Part shown: piece after piece, positions 28,866-40,682 of the stretch
Position numbering within the stretch: position 1 is the first letter of the stretch
How the letters are laid out: each line of letters starts with the position of its first letter
DNA from: an uncultured Candidatus Entotheonella sp.
GTDB taxonomy: Bacteria; Tectomicrobia; Entotheonellia; Entotheonellales; Entotheonellaceae
DNA: 64,000 nucleotides
Assembly (NCBI GenBank): GCA_965217185.1
Contig: OZ244252.1
Coordinates: forward strand, 288,001 to 352,000
Reading direction: 5' to 3'
Made by a program: the position numbers and the translations under genes
The notes under the pieces: generated by a model
Told to the model about the DNA's origin: nothing
Database searches by the model: none
What the model saw: only the letters and a program-made list of their open reading frames with translations

Positions 28866-30814
28866 GCTGGGACGAGGCGCTCTTCCGACTCGCCTGGAAG
28901 CTCAAGCGCGGCCGCCGGCACGCCGCTGCCGAGCCCGAGCGCCAACGGGAAGCCAGGCTTGCCGACCTGAAAACCTCGCTGACCCTGGTGGCGCGCGCCC
29001 TGAGCGGCGAGGCCCTGGAGGTCCAGGAGGCCGAGCACGTCGGCGGCTATGCCGGCGAGGTCATTTACCTGCCCCGAACCATCCACTTGGCACCCACCCC
29101 CAACGACAACGCCCGCGTTTACCTGTACCGCGTCGCCTATTCCGTCACCTCGCGCCAGCTGGCCTTCACGCTGCCGCCGAGCCTGCCCGCGGATTTCCGC
29201 ATCTTCCATACGCTCGTGGCCGTGCCGCCAACCCGGCGGGCGCTTGAATCGGCCCTGCCGGCTTCTCAAGCCCTGCGCCAGGAATTCAGTTCCCTGCTGT
29301 TGCAGGACCGTTCGTCGCCCACGACGATGGATACGATGACGGCACGCCTGGAAGTGTTGACGCAGTTGTTGCTGGGACGAGAATCCGATGTCTCGAAACC
29401 GTTTTCAGAGTTGCTTCGATGCATTGTCACGGCCGCCCGACCCTGGGACGAAAACGCGCTGCGCGACCTCTGGCAACAGTTCCGGCACGGCGTACGGCGC
29501 ACGGCGCGGCGCGCCCACGTGCCGCCCCTCATTTTGTGGGGCCAACTCATGCCGTTCCAGGCCGAATCCCGCCCAGTTGCGCCGGGAAGCCCGCAGCAAC
29601 GCCACGCGTCGTCGTCCTTTCCGAGCGGCACCGAACTGCCCGGCAAGCCAAAGGAAGACGTGCGTCGCGTCGCGCTGGATCAACAGGACATCGACAACGA
29701 CACCCTCATCCACACGTTCGAGAAGATCGAAACCGCTGAGGAGTTCAGCGGCGTGACACGGACGCCGGACGGCGCCGACGAGCTCGCCCACCACGCCGAC
29801 GCCCTTGACGAGCTTGACATGCACGAAGTGGTGAGAACCTCCACCCCCACGCACTCCGTTTACAAGGCCGACCTGCGGCTTAGCGATGACACCGGCGACC
29901 TTGAATCCGCCGAGCCTCAGTCCGGCACTGCATTCACCTACGATGAATGGGATGGCAGGGCGCAGCGCTACCGGCCTGCGTGGTGCACCGTGTACGTCAG
30001 CCAGCCGGCTGCCCCTGCGGGCGCCGATCAGACAGCGGCGGCCATTGTGCGCAAGCACGCCCGCACGGTGCAGGAGGTGCGCCTGCTGCTTGACAAGCTG
30101 CGGCACAAACGTCTGCTGCGGAACCGGCAAACCGAGGGGACGGATATCGACGTTGACGCGGTCGTGGACCGCTATGCCACAGTGCGCGGCGGCCAGCGGC
30201 CCGATGACCGGCTGTACCTGGCGCAGCGGCGGCAGCGGCGCGATCTGGTGACCCTGCTGCTGATCGACATGAGCGCCTCCACCGACGCCTGGATCGAGGG
30301 CTCGCGCGTCCTCGACATCGCCACGGAATCGGCGCTGGTGCTAGGAGAGGTGTTGTCGCAATGGGGGGACCGCGTCGGTATGGCCGGGTTCTACAGCAAT
30401 ACCCGGCGCGACTGTCGATTCGTCATGCTGAAGCCGTTTGACGCCGACTGGCACCGCAGCCGCGCTGCGCTCACGAGCCTCGAACCGACGGGCTACACCC
30501 GCATCGGGCCCGCCGTGCGTCACGGCACCGCGTTGCTGCAGGGCCAGCGGTCCGCCAGGAAGCTGTTGCTGTTGCTCAGCGACGGCAAGCCGATCGATTA
30601 CGACCGCTACGAGGGGCGCTACGGCATCGCCGACATTCGTCAGGCCATTCGGGAGGCGCACCACAGCCGCATCCACACCTACGCCTTGGCCATCGACGTG
30701 CAGGCGAAGCTTTACCTGCCGCAGATGTTCGGCAGTGGCTCATTTCGCATTCTGCCGCACCCGACCCATCTGGTGCGCGGCTTGTCGGAGGTGTACGGCC
30801 AATTGGCGCGCTGA
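28862..30814 (+). CDS. norD: NorD vWA activation protein
   Basis: YDEWD, LIDMSAST (MIDAS), YTRIGPAVRH, LLSDGKP.DYDRYEGRYG. Confidence 0.9.
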   Translation: MSWDEALFRLAWKLKRGRRHAAAEPERQREARLADLKTSLTLVARALSGEALEVQEAEHVGGYAGEVIYLPRTIHLAPTPNDNARVYLYRVAYSVTSRQLAFTLPPSLPADFRIFHTLVAVPPTRRALESALPASQALRQEFSSLLLQDRSSPTTMDTMTARLEVLTQLLLGRESDVSKPFSELLRCIVTAARPWDENALRDLWQQFRHGVRRTARRAHVPPLILWGQLMPFQAESRPVAPGSPQQRHASSSFPSGTELPGKPKEDVRRVALDQQDIDNDTLIHTFEKIETAEEFSGVTRTPDGADELAHHADALDELDMHEVVRTSTPTHSVYKADLRLSDDTGDLESAEPQSGTAFTYDEWDGRAQRYRPAWCTVYVSQPAAPAGADQTAAAIVRKHARTVQEVRLLLDKLRHKRLLRNRQTEGTDIDVDAVVDRYATVRGGQRPDDRLYLAQRRQRRDLVTLLLIDMSASTDAWIEGSRVLDIATESALVLGEVLSQWGDRVGMAGFYSNTRRDCRFVMLKPFDADWHRSRAALTSLEPTGYTRIGPAVRHGTALLQGQRSARKLLLLLSDGKPIDYDRYEGRYGIADIRQAIREAHHSRIHTYALAIDVQAKLYLPQMFGSGSFRILPHPTHLVRGLSEVYGQLAR

Positions 30815-30855
30815 AACGGCGGCACGGTGGCCGCCGTCAACCGGAAGGTGGGGGA

Positions 30856-33251
<2,396 letters not shown>

Positions 33252-33406
33252 ACTTCCTCCAATTCTGGTTTCAGATAAACGAGAGCAGCGCTCTCAATAG
33301 AGAACCGCGCGGCCCGCAACGGGGGGTCGCGAGTGAACGGAAAACATCGGGTTGGAGCTATTTCGAGTTGAGACAGCTTGCACTTGGGTAGGGTCTCACG
33401 ACTTCC

Positions 33407-33543
33407 TCCCCCTCACCCCAACCCTCTCCCGCCAGGGGAGAGGGAGTAAAACCTCTTCGGAGAGTGAGCAAAAACCCTCTTCGTAGGAGGGGACGGTCCG
33501 CCTGATCCCCTCCTCCCTTGAGGGGGAGGGCTAGGGTGGGGGA
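33407..33543. repeat. Pair of inverted family A REP-like elements
   Basis: CCCCTCACCCCAACCCTCTCCCGCCAGGGGAGAGGGAG and TCCCCTCCTCCCTTGAGGGGGAGGGCTAGGGTGGGGG. Confidence 0.7.
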
Positions 33544-33592
33544 AATATGAGCGGGAACTTTCAAATGCCAGTCATCATGAATCGAAAGGGCT

Positions 33593-34591
33593 CTAACCCT
33601 GGGGAAACAGATCGTGCATTTCGGGAATGACCCACAGCGGCGCCTCGCCGGCGGCAACGCGCCGGATGTTGGCGTAGCCGTTGTGGAAACGCTTGCGGAA
33701 GCTGTCCACGGTAGGTCCGGCGCTGTGTGGCGTCAGCGTCACGTTGGGCAAGGTGAGCAACGGGTTGGACGGGTCCGTCGGTTCCTGCGCCAGGGTGTCG
33801 AGCCCGGCGGCCAGGATACGGCCTTGCTGCAGGGCGTCGAACAGCGCCGCCTCGTCCACCACCTCGCCGCGGCAGGTGTTGATCAGGACCGCCTTGGTCT
33901 TCATGCGGGCCAGCGCCCCGGCGTTCATCATGTCCCGCGTGTCGTGGTTGAGGGGCACGTGCAGGCTCACCACGTCGGCAGTTTCCAGCAAGGTTTCCAA
34001 CGACACGTAGCGCACGCCGAGGCGTTCTTCCTCCTCGGCGTTGCGCCGGAAGGCGTCGTGATAGATGACGCTGGCGTCGAAGGCCCTGACGCGCTGGGCC
34101 ACCTGCTGGCCGATGTTGCCCAGGCCGACGAGCCCGACCGTCTTGCCGGCCAGCTCGTACACATCCACCGTGCGCGGAATGCCGCTGTGCCACTTACCGG
34201 CGACCACGTTTTGATGCAAGACGACAAGCTTGCGGTACACGGCCAGCATAAGCATGATGGCGTGTTCGGCCACCGCCACCGAATTGGCGCCGCCGTTCGA
34301 GCACACCGGCACCCGCGCCGCCCGCGCTCCGGCGATGTTGACCTGGTCGTACCCGGCGCTCAGCACCTGCACCAGCTTGAGCCGCGCCGCCGCCGCAAAC
34401 GCCTCGTCCGGCAGATGCCGGACAAAGCCCAACAGGTACTCCGCCTCACGCATAGCGGCCGCGATCTCAGCGGCCGGCGTGCCAACCGGCAAATGCCGCA
34501 GGCTGAACCCCTCGGGCGCCATGTCACTTGCCAGAGCCACAATATCGGGCGGCATCTCGACGCCCTGCGTGAATACAATCGTTTCCTGCAC
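33593..34591 (-). CDS. D-isomer-specific 2-hydroxyacid dehydrogenase
   Basis: SVAVAEH, GLVGLGNIG, LINTCRGEVVDE, LTPHSAG; GTG start after GGAGG. Confidence 0.9.
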   Translation of the reverse strand: MQETIVFTQGVEMPPDIVALASDMAPEGFSLRHLPVGTPAAEIAAAMREAEYLLGFVRHLPDEAFAAAARLKLVQVLSAGYDQVNIAGARAARVPVCSNGGANSVAVAEHAIMLMLAVYRKLVVLHQNVVAGKWHSGIPRTVDVYELAGKTVGLVGLGNIGQQVAQRVRAFDASVIYHDAFRRNAEEEERLGVRYVSLETLLETADVVSLHVPLNHDTRDMMNAGALARMKTKAVLINTCRGEVVDEAALFDALQQGRILAAGLDTLAQEPTDPSNPLLTLPNVTLTPHSAGPTVDSFRKRFHNGYANIRRVAAGEAPLWVIPEMHDLFPQG

Positions 34592-34746
34592 CCTGTCCTC
34601 CGAAGCAGTCGGTTCGGATTCGCGATTCGTAATCCGAATGTCGCTTGATCGGTTGCCGCTTAAAAGTAAGTACCCTACCTTAGCCCACTGTCTGACTGCA
34701 AGCTTTTTCCGTGCGTTTAGAGGGTGTGGAAAGTGAACAGGGTAGA

Positions 34747-36221
34747 GGGCATCTCTAATAATACCCATCTCCCACGTGGTTTAGAATCACTGAAACACGT
34801 CAACCAACAAGGCCGGAGGAGTGCAACATGGCTCAGATGGGCTTTTTCGATATCGAGAATCGCTACGCCGCTCTGGACGCCAAAAACGATCCCCTGGTGA
34901 AGGTCAACGCTGCCGTTCCGTGGGAAGCGTTCCGCAGCCGCCTGGAGAGAGTCTGGCGCAAGCCAGCCGACAAGCGCAAGTCCAATGCGGGGTGCAAGCC
35001 GTGGGATGCCATCGTCATGTTCAAGGCCATCATTTTGTGCGCCCTCTACAATCTGTCGGACGACCAGGTCGAGTATCAGATGCGCGACCGCCTGTCCTTT
35101 GTGCGCTTCTTGGCCTTGACACTCGAAGACAAGGTGCCCGATGCCAAGACGGTGTGGCTCTACCGCGAACAGTTGTCACAGGCCGGCCTCATCGATGCCT
35201 TGTTCGAGGATTTCGACGGCTACCTGAAAAGCCAGGGCTACCAGGCAATGGGTGGCCAGATCATCGATGCTTCGATTGTCGCGGTTCCCATGCAACGCAA
35301 TCGTCGTGACGACAATGAGCAGATCAAACGGGGTGAGACACCTGAGGCCTGGGCTGACAAGCCAGCCAAGCGTCGACAAAAGGACAGGGATGCGCGCTGG
35401 ACGAAGAAGCACGGCAAGAGCCACTATGGCTACAAGAATCACGTCACCATCGACCGTCGGCACAAGCTGATACGGCGTTACCGGGTGACGGATGCGGCGG
35501 TGCACGACAGCCAAGTGATTGAGGAGTTGCTTACGTCGGACAACACGGCAAGCGGTGTCTGGGCGGACAGCGCCTAGTAGCTGTTCAACGTAATGCACAG
35601 GCATGATAAGTTGCCTCCCAGTAAGCTGCTGGGCATAAGCTGGGAGGGATGATTGTGAAGAAGCTCTATATGGTCCGTTTGAGTGAAGAAGAACGGACCG
35701 AATTGACGAAACGGGTCAAGTTGCATCATCTCTATCCCGTGATCAAAGATTGACGCACTACTAGCGGTCGAAAGCCATTGAAGCGACGCTGAAGGCCAGG
35801 GGTTTGAGGAGTCGGATTCATCGCAAGGGCTATCGCAACCGTCCGTTGCGTGATTGGGAGAAAGCAGGCAACCAGGGCCGTTCACGGTTTCGGGTACGGG
35901 TAGAGCATGTCTTCGGGGCGCAGCAAAACGACATGGGCGGGACGTTGGTTCGCAGCATCGGGCTTGTACGGGCGAGGGCGCGGATAGGTCTTAAGAACCT
36001 TGCCTACAACATGCGTCGCCTGATTCAATTACAACGCCTTGCGAGCGCCAGTTGAGCGCCAACGGTGCGGAAGGGTGCACCGGAGGCCCTCATTGGAAGG
36101 CGAATCCTCCTTGCTGGGAGGCAGTCCCCCTGGACAGCCGAGTTCATTTTCTCACCGACATGCCAGCGAATTGCCACTCTCGCCATCTATGACTATCCAC
36201 GAGGCATTTTTCGAGATGCCC
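34747..36221 (+). mobile_element. IS5-family element; transposase 34828-36055 disrupted by nested MITE
   Basis: IRs GGGCATCTCTAATAATACC / rc GGGCATCTCGAAAAATGCC, TAGA duplicated on both flanks; motifs IIDASIV, HYGYKNH, WADSA, RVRVEHVFG. Confidence 0.9.
35577..35761 (+). mobile_element. 185-bp MITE derived from the IS630 family at 59461-60682
   Basis: CTAG context with TA duplication; left part matches the IS630 5' end and right part its 3' end, joined at GGTCAAG. Confidence 0.88.
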
Positions 36222-36330
36222 TAGAGTTGGTGGATGGTTGACCTCGCCGGGTGGGAGTAGGGATGGCATCGGTTGACGACATGATCTTGTGTAGCTACGA
36301 TCTTGTCGTTATGAAATTGGAGCTAAGCCA

Positions 36331-36621
36331 TTGCGCTGGACGTGGGACGACGCCAAGAACCGCGTCAACAAACGGAAGCATCGCCTCAGCTTCGAGACGG
36401 CGCAATTCGTATTCGATGACCCGCTGTCGGCGCACCGCCCGGATCTGGGTTCGGACGAAGAACGATGGCACACCATCGGTATGATCAGCGGCGTGGTCGT
36501 GATCGTGGCGCATACATGGCCCGAACCGCAACCTGGAAGCCATGTCGAAGTGGGTCATATCATCAGTGCTCGGAAAGCCACGACGCATGAAAGGAGAGCC
36601 TATGAAGAAGGGAGTTTCTAA
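36331..36621 (+). CDS. brnT: BrnT toxin
   Basis: WDDAKNRVNKRKHRLSFE, EERWHTIG, IISARKAT. Confidence 0.9.
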   Translation: MRWTWDDAKNRVNKRKHRLSFETAQFVFDDPLSAHRPDLGSDEERWHTIGMISGVVVIVAHTWPEPQPGSHVEVGHIISARKATTHERRAYEEGSF

Positions 36622-36892
36622 AAAACTCACTCAGGAACAAAAGGTTGAGCTAGGGACGCTTGCGAACCTTCCCGACGAGGCGATCGATACCAGCGACGTG
36701 CCTGAGATTCTGGATTGGTCCGGTGCCAGGCGCGGTCTCCTGTACCGGCCGGTCAAGCAACAGATCACCCTGCGGCTGGATGCCGACGTGGTGTCATGGT
36801 TCAAAGTAAACGTTCCGAACGGCCGGGGCTACCAGACCGAGATCAACCGCGTGCTTCGCGAGCATGCTCGACGGGCTTTAAGTCAGGCGTAG
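36602..36892 (+). CDS. brnA: BrnA antitoxin
   Basis: IDTSDVPE, KQQITLRLDADVVSWFK..GYQTEINRVLR. Confidence 0.9.
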   Translation: MKKGVSKKLTQEQKVELGTLANLPDEAIDTSDVPEILDWSGARRGLLYRPVKQQITLRLDADVVSWFKVNVPNGRGYQTEINRVLREHARRALSQA

Positions 36893-37033
36893 GGGCACCC
36901 GCCCGCCGTTACCCCATCACAAATTTGCTTTTGCCTTCATGCCGGAAGGTGTGCTACGGTTAACAAATTCTGCGGGTTGTTCCCATCTCCTCAACACGAT
37001 CAATCGTTGCAAGACAATAAGTGGGACTCGTTT

Positions 37034-38959
37034 ATGGATATTTTGGCAGGTCTGGCCCAGATACGGGCGGAAATGGATCAGTACGTTGTCGGCCATGACG
37101 ATGTGAAGGAAGGCATTCTACTTGGCGTCATTGCGCGCGAGCATATCTACCTCGAAGGCCCGCCGGGAACGGCGAAGACAATGTTGGCCGAGGTGACCTC
37201 CGATGCTGCCGAATTGAAGTTCTTCTTCTACCAATTGCACCGCGACACCCGACTGGCGGAATTGGTCGGCGATACGGTGATTTTCCGTGAGCGGGACGAG
37301 TCGGGCGGCGAGATAATCCGCCAGGTGAACCGCAAGGGCGGCATCCTGACGTCGGAGATATGCGTGCTCGACGATATCTCCCGGGCGCCCGGTGAGGCTC
37401 TGAACGTCCTGCTGCGCGTCCTCAACGAGCGCAAGTTCGGCGACGACCGCATTCCCCTGCTGACCGCTATCGCCACCGGCAATCCTACCAAAGAAGACTA
37501 TTACAACGAGCCTCTGGATCCCGCCAACCTGGATCGCTTCACCATCCAGATGCGCACCCTCGGTCTGCTGCAGCGCAACATGTGGCAGGCGGCCGCGACG
37601 GTCATTGACCGCTACGCCGACGGCCATCTGAGCGCTGAGGCTTCGCCGCGCGTTACGCGGACGGTGCTGGACAGCGCCACCGAGCGGCTCCCCAAGGTGG
37701 ACCTGACGGCGGCGGTGAAGGAACTGTTGCTGGAATTCCTCAACGTGCTGCTGAACGACTACGGCTGCAATGACAGCAACTCGCTGCTGACGGACCGTAC
37801 CTTCCTCGTCAAGGCGGTGAAAATCCTGAAGGCCAAGGCCGTGCTGGAGGGTCGCGACCATTGCGTCCCCGAGGACCTGCACGTTCTTAAATACCTCACG
37901 GCGTTCCGTATCCCCGAGGAGTTGCACAACCGTATCGAAGAGATCATCGATCAGCTTCTGCGAAAAAAAAAAGTTGAGCCAGAGGAAGACGACGACGCCG
38001 TCGAGCAACTGAGCGAGGCGCAGTCCGAGGAGCGTTCGGAGGGGCAGCCGCGCACCGATTACACCGCTCAGGAAGCGAATGTCGATCACCGCAAGCAGGA
38101 ACTCGAGCTTGCCGACATGGTGCAGCAGTCCCTCAGCCCGAACGCCGACGATGACGGCGAGAACGCCGAACTGAACCTTGATCATGAGTCGATCGACAAC
38201 ATCGAGGTTCTGCTCAAGATCCTGAAGGGCCGCATCGAAAAGAACCTCGCCGAAAAGGTGCCGCACCGCGGCGGCCAGCCACGCAAGTGGCGCCGCATGA
38301 TCTCGTTCGACGACCTCCTCGACACCGACCCCGTCGAAAGCTCCATCTGGTACGAGAACGTCACCCCCCAACTCCCCCGCATGCTGTTGCGCGAGCGCCA
38401 CGATCGCGGCGGCGAGCTCGCCATCCTGCGCGACATCAGTTCGTCCATGGCCGGCATCTACTCCAAGTGGGCGTCGTCCGTCATCCTGCGCCTGATGGAG
38501 ATGGCCCGCAAAAAGCGCATGCGGGTCGGCTACATCGAGTTCAATCACCTGTCCACCAAGTACCAGGTGGACGGCAAGTTTTTCATGCGCGACTACGAAA
38601 AGATGACGCGCCGCGCCCTGCACCTGCACTGTTCCGGTTGCACCAACTACCAGAATTCCCTGGAGGACGCGCTGCACGAATTCAAGCGCTTGGGACGCGG
38701 CAACCAGCACATCCTCTTCCTGACCGACGGCGTGCCCACGCAAGGCGACTGGGAAGTGAAAGCCGAGCGCGCCTTGGCGCAGGAATTGAACGTTTCCATT
38801 CACACCATTTTCATCGGTAAGAACAAGTGCCCGCGCATCCTGGAAATCCTCTCCGAGGAGACGAATGGCGCGCAGTTTCAAGCCTCGACGGATCGCTACG
38901 GCGTCATTCGCATCGAAGAACGCAATGCACAACAGGCCCCTGAACTGGTTGCGCACTGA
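37034..38959 (+). CDS. MoxR/RavA-like AAA+ ATPase fused via acidic linker to a vWA domain
   Basis: EGPPGTAKT, CVLDDISRA, LLRVLNERKF, DPANLDRF; linker EPEEDDDA; MIDAS RDISSSM, TNY, FLTDG. Confidence 0.85.
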   Translation: MDILAGLAQIRAEMDQYVVGHDDVKEGILLGVIAREHIYLEGPPGTAKTMLAEVTSDAAELKFFFYQLHRDTRLAELVGDTVIFRERDESGGEIIRQVNRKGGILTSEICVLDDISRAPGEALNVLLRVLNERKFGDDRIPLLTAIATGNPTKEDYYNEPLDPANLDRFTIQMRTLGLLQRNMWQAAATVIDRYADGHLSAEASPRVTRTVLDSATERLPKVDLTAAVKELLLEFLNVLLNDYGCNDSNSLLTDRTFLVKAVKILKAKAVLEGRDHCVPEDLHVLKYLTAFRIPEELHNRIEEIIDQLLRKKKVEPEEDDDAVEQLSEAQSEERSEGQPRTDYTAQEANVDHRKQELELADMVQQSLSPNADDDGENAELNLDHESIDNIEVLLKILKGRIEKNLAEKVPHRGGQPRKWRRMISFDDLLDTDPVESSIWYENVTPQLPRMLLRERHDRGGELAILRDISSSMAGIYSKWASSVILRLMEMARKKRMRVGYIEFNHLSTKYQVDGKFFMRDYEKMTRRALHLHCSGCTNYQNSLEDALHEFKRLGRGNQHILFLTDGVPTQGDWEVKAERALAQELNVSIHTIFIGKNKCPRILEILSEETNGAQFQASTDRYGVIRIEERNAQQAPELVAH

Positions 38960-38976
38960 CGGGGAAGGAGACGCGC

Positions 38977-39351
38977 ATGGTTAAGCGCTTTCTACAGCGG
39001 CTCTTTGGGAACGATGAGCTCAAAATTGAGATTAACGACCTCAAAAATAAGTTTAACGACCTCAAAAGTGAGGTTAACGGCATCGACCAGCGAGTAGAAG
39101 CTATCGACCAGCGAGTAACAACTGTGGAATTTCAGACGAAGACCATGCTCCACCGTTTTGGTAATTACAAAAATCGGACTGATGGCGAGTTGAACCTTAT
39201 GGGTGAACAAATCGAAGATTTACTTGGCTCGTTTGAGGCTCTCGTTGAACGTATCGAATTTGAAGAGGGCGCTGCACGGGCTAGAAACTTGCTCAAGCGA
39301 TTGAAGAATAATCAAGGCCGGATTCGCAAAGAACAAAAAGCACGAGGTTGA
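38977..39351 (+). CDS. Coiled-coil hypothetical protein
   Basis: RBS AAGGAG; heptads INDLKNK/FNDLKSE/VNGIDQR/VEAIDQR; AT-richer than neighbours. Confidence 0.7.
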   Translation: MVKRFLQRLFGNDELKIEINDLKNKFNDLKSEVNGIDQRVEAIDQRVTTVEFQTKTMLHRFGNYKNRTDGELNLMGEQIEDLLGSFEALVERIEFEEGAARARNLLKRLKNNQGRIRKEQKARG

Positions 39352-39352
39352 A

Positions 39353-39739
39353 ATGTCACGTTCAAGGTCGAGAGAACTCCGTGACAGAGCCCAAAAACTT
39401 GCAGATGATGCGTATCGCGATTTCTGGACGAGTGTGGTTGAGTGCTCAGAAACCCTCCAAGAAATTGCTCCTAACCAGCGTAAACTGTGGCTCAGTACAG
39501 TGATTGAGGAACTCCACCGCGAGCAGAATGGATTGTGCGCTCTGTGTGGGGAATTACTTGCATTAGGTGAGCATGAAGTCGACCACAAGATCCCGTTTTG
39601 TTATGGAGGTGGCAATGAACGCGCTAATATCCAGTTGGCTCACCCCCAGTGTAACAGGAGCAAGGGTGCCCAAGCGGAGCCATACGACATCCTTCGCTAT
39701 TTAGAGGATCGGTATATGAATCTTAACGAACGAGCATGA
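39353..39739 (+). CDS. HNH endonuclease
   Basis: CALCG..EVDHKIP...GGGNERANIQLAHPQCNRSK. Confidence 0.88.
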   Translation: MSRSRSRELRDRAQKLADDAYRDFWTSVVECSETLQEIAPNQRKLWLSTVIEELHREQNGLCALCGELLALGEHEVDHKIPFCYGGGNERANIQLAHPQCNRSKGAQAEPYDILRYLEDRYMNLNERA

Positions 39740-39750
39740 AGGAGAATGAC

Positions 39751-40650
39751 ATGCTGTTGGAGGGCAAGGTCGCCGTGGTCACGGGCGGTGGCAACGGCAT
39801 CGGGCGTGAGATAAGCAAGCTGATGGGCGCTGAGGGCGCCAAGGTGGTGGTGAACGACCTGGGGACGGCGGTTGACGGCGCTGGCGAATCGAGTTCCGCA
39901 GCCGATCAGACCGTGCAGATGATCAAGGGCGCCGGCGGCGAGGCAACGCCGAATTACGAGAGTGTGGCGACCCCGGAGGGCGGCCAGAACATTATTCAGA
40001 CCGCGGTGGATACATACGGCAAGCTGGATATTCTGGTGCACGTGGCCGGCATTTTGCGCGACCGCATGATTTTCAACATGAGCGTCGAGGAATGGGACGC
40101 GGTGCTCAACGTGCACCTGCGCGGCGCCTATTGCGTCAACAAGCCCGCTTGCGTGCTGATGCGGCAGCAGAAGAGTGGCTGCATCATCAACTTTTCGTCG
40201 ATCTCCGGCGCCGGCAATTCCGGGCAGGCCAACTACGCCGCGGCCAAGGCGGGCATTCTCGGTTTGACGCGCACGATTGCGCGCGACATGGCGAAATACG
40301 GCGTGCGGGCCAATGCCATCTGGCCGGGTGCGGACACCCGCATGACCGCCACCGTGCCTGAATCGGCGCGCCAGATTCGCTCCGAGCGCGGCCTGGGCGA
40401 GATGCGCATGTCGGCCATTCGCCGACCCGAAAGCGTTGCCTCGGTGGTGACCTTCCTGGCCTCGGACATGGCCGAGAACATTACCGGCTGGACGGTCGGC
40501 ATCATCGGCGACCGCCTGTCGCTGATCGACGACCCGGTGCCCGTGAAGACGGTATTTTGCGAGGGCGGCTGGACGCTGGACCAGGTTGCCGAATGGTGGC
40601 CTGAGACCTTCGGGACCGACTTGCGCCACCTGGATCAGCCGCAGCAGTAA
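39751..40650 (+). CDS. SDR oxidoreductase, copy 1
   Basis: TGGGNGIG, VVNDLG, GQANYAAAK. Confidence 0.92.
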   Translation: MLLEGKVAVVTGGGNGIGREISKLMGAEGAKVVVNDLGTAVDGAGESSSAADQTVQMIKGAGGEATPNYESVATPEGGQNIIQTAVDTYGKLDILVHVAGILRDRMIFNMSVEEWDAVLNVHLRGAYCVNKPACVLMRQQKSGCIINFSSISGAGNSGQANYAAAKAGILGLTRTIARDMAKYGVRANAIWPGADTRMTATVPESARQIRSERGLGEMRMSAIRRPESVASVVTFLASDMAENITGWTVGIIGDRLSLIDDPVPVKTVFCEGGWTLDQVAEWWPETFGTDLRHLDQPQQ

Positions 40651-40682
40651 TCGGCAACAACCCATTCCTGAGGGAAAACGAC

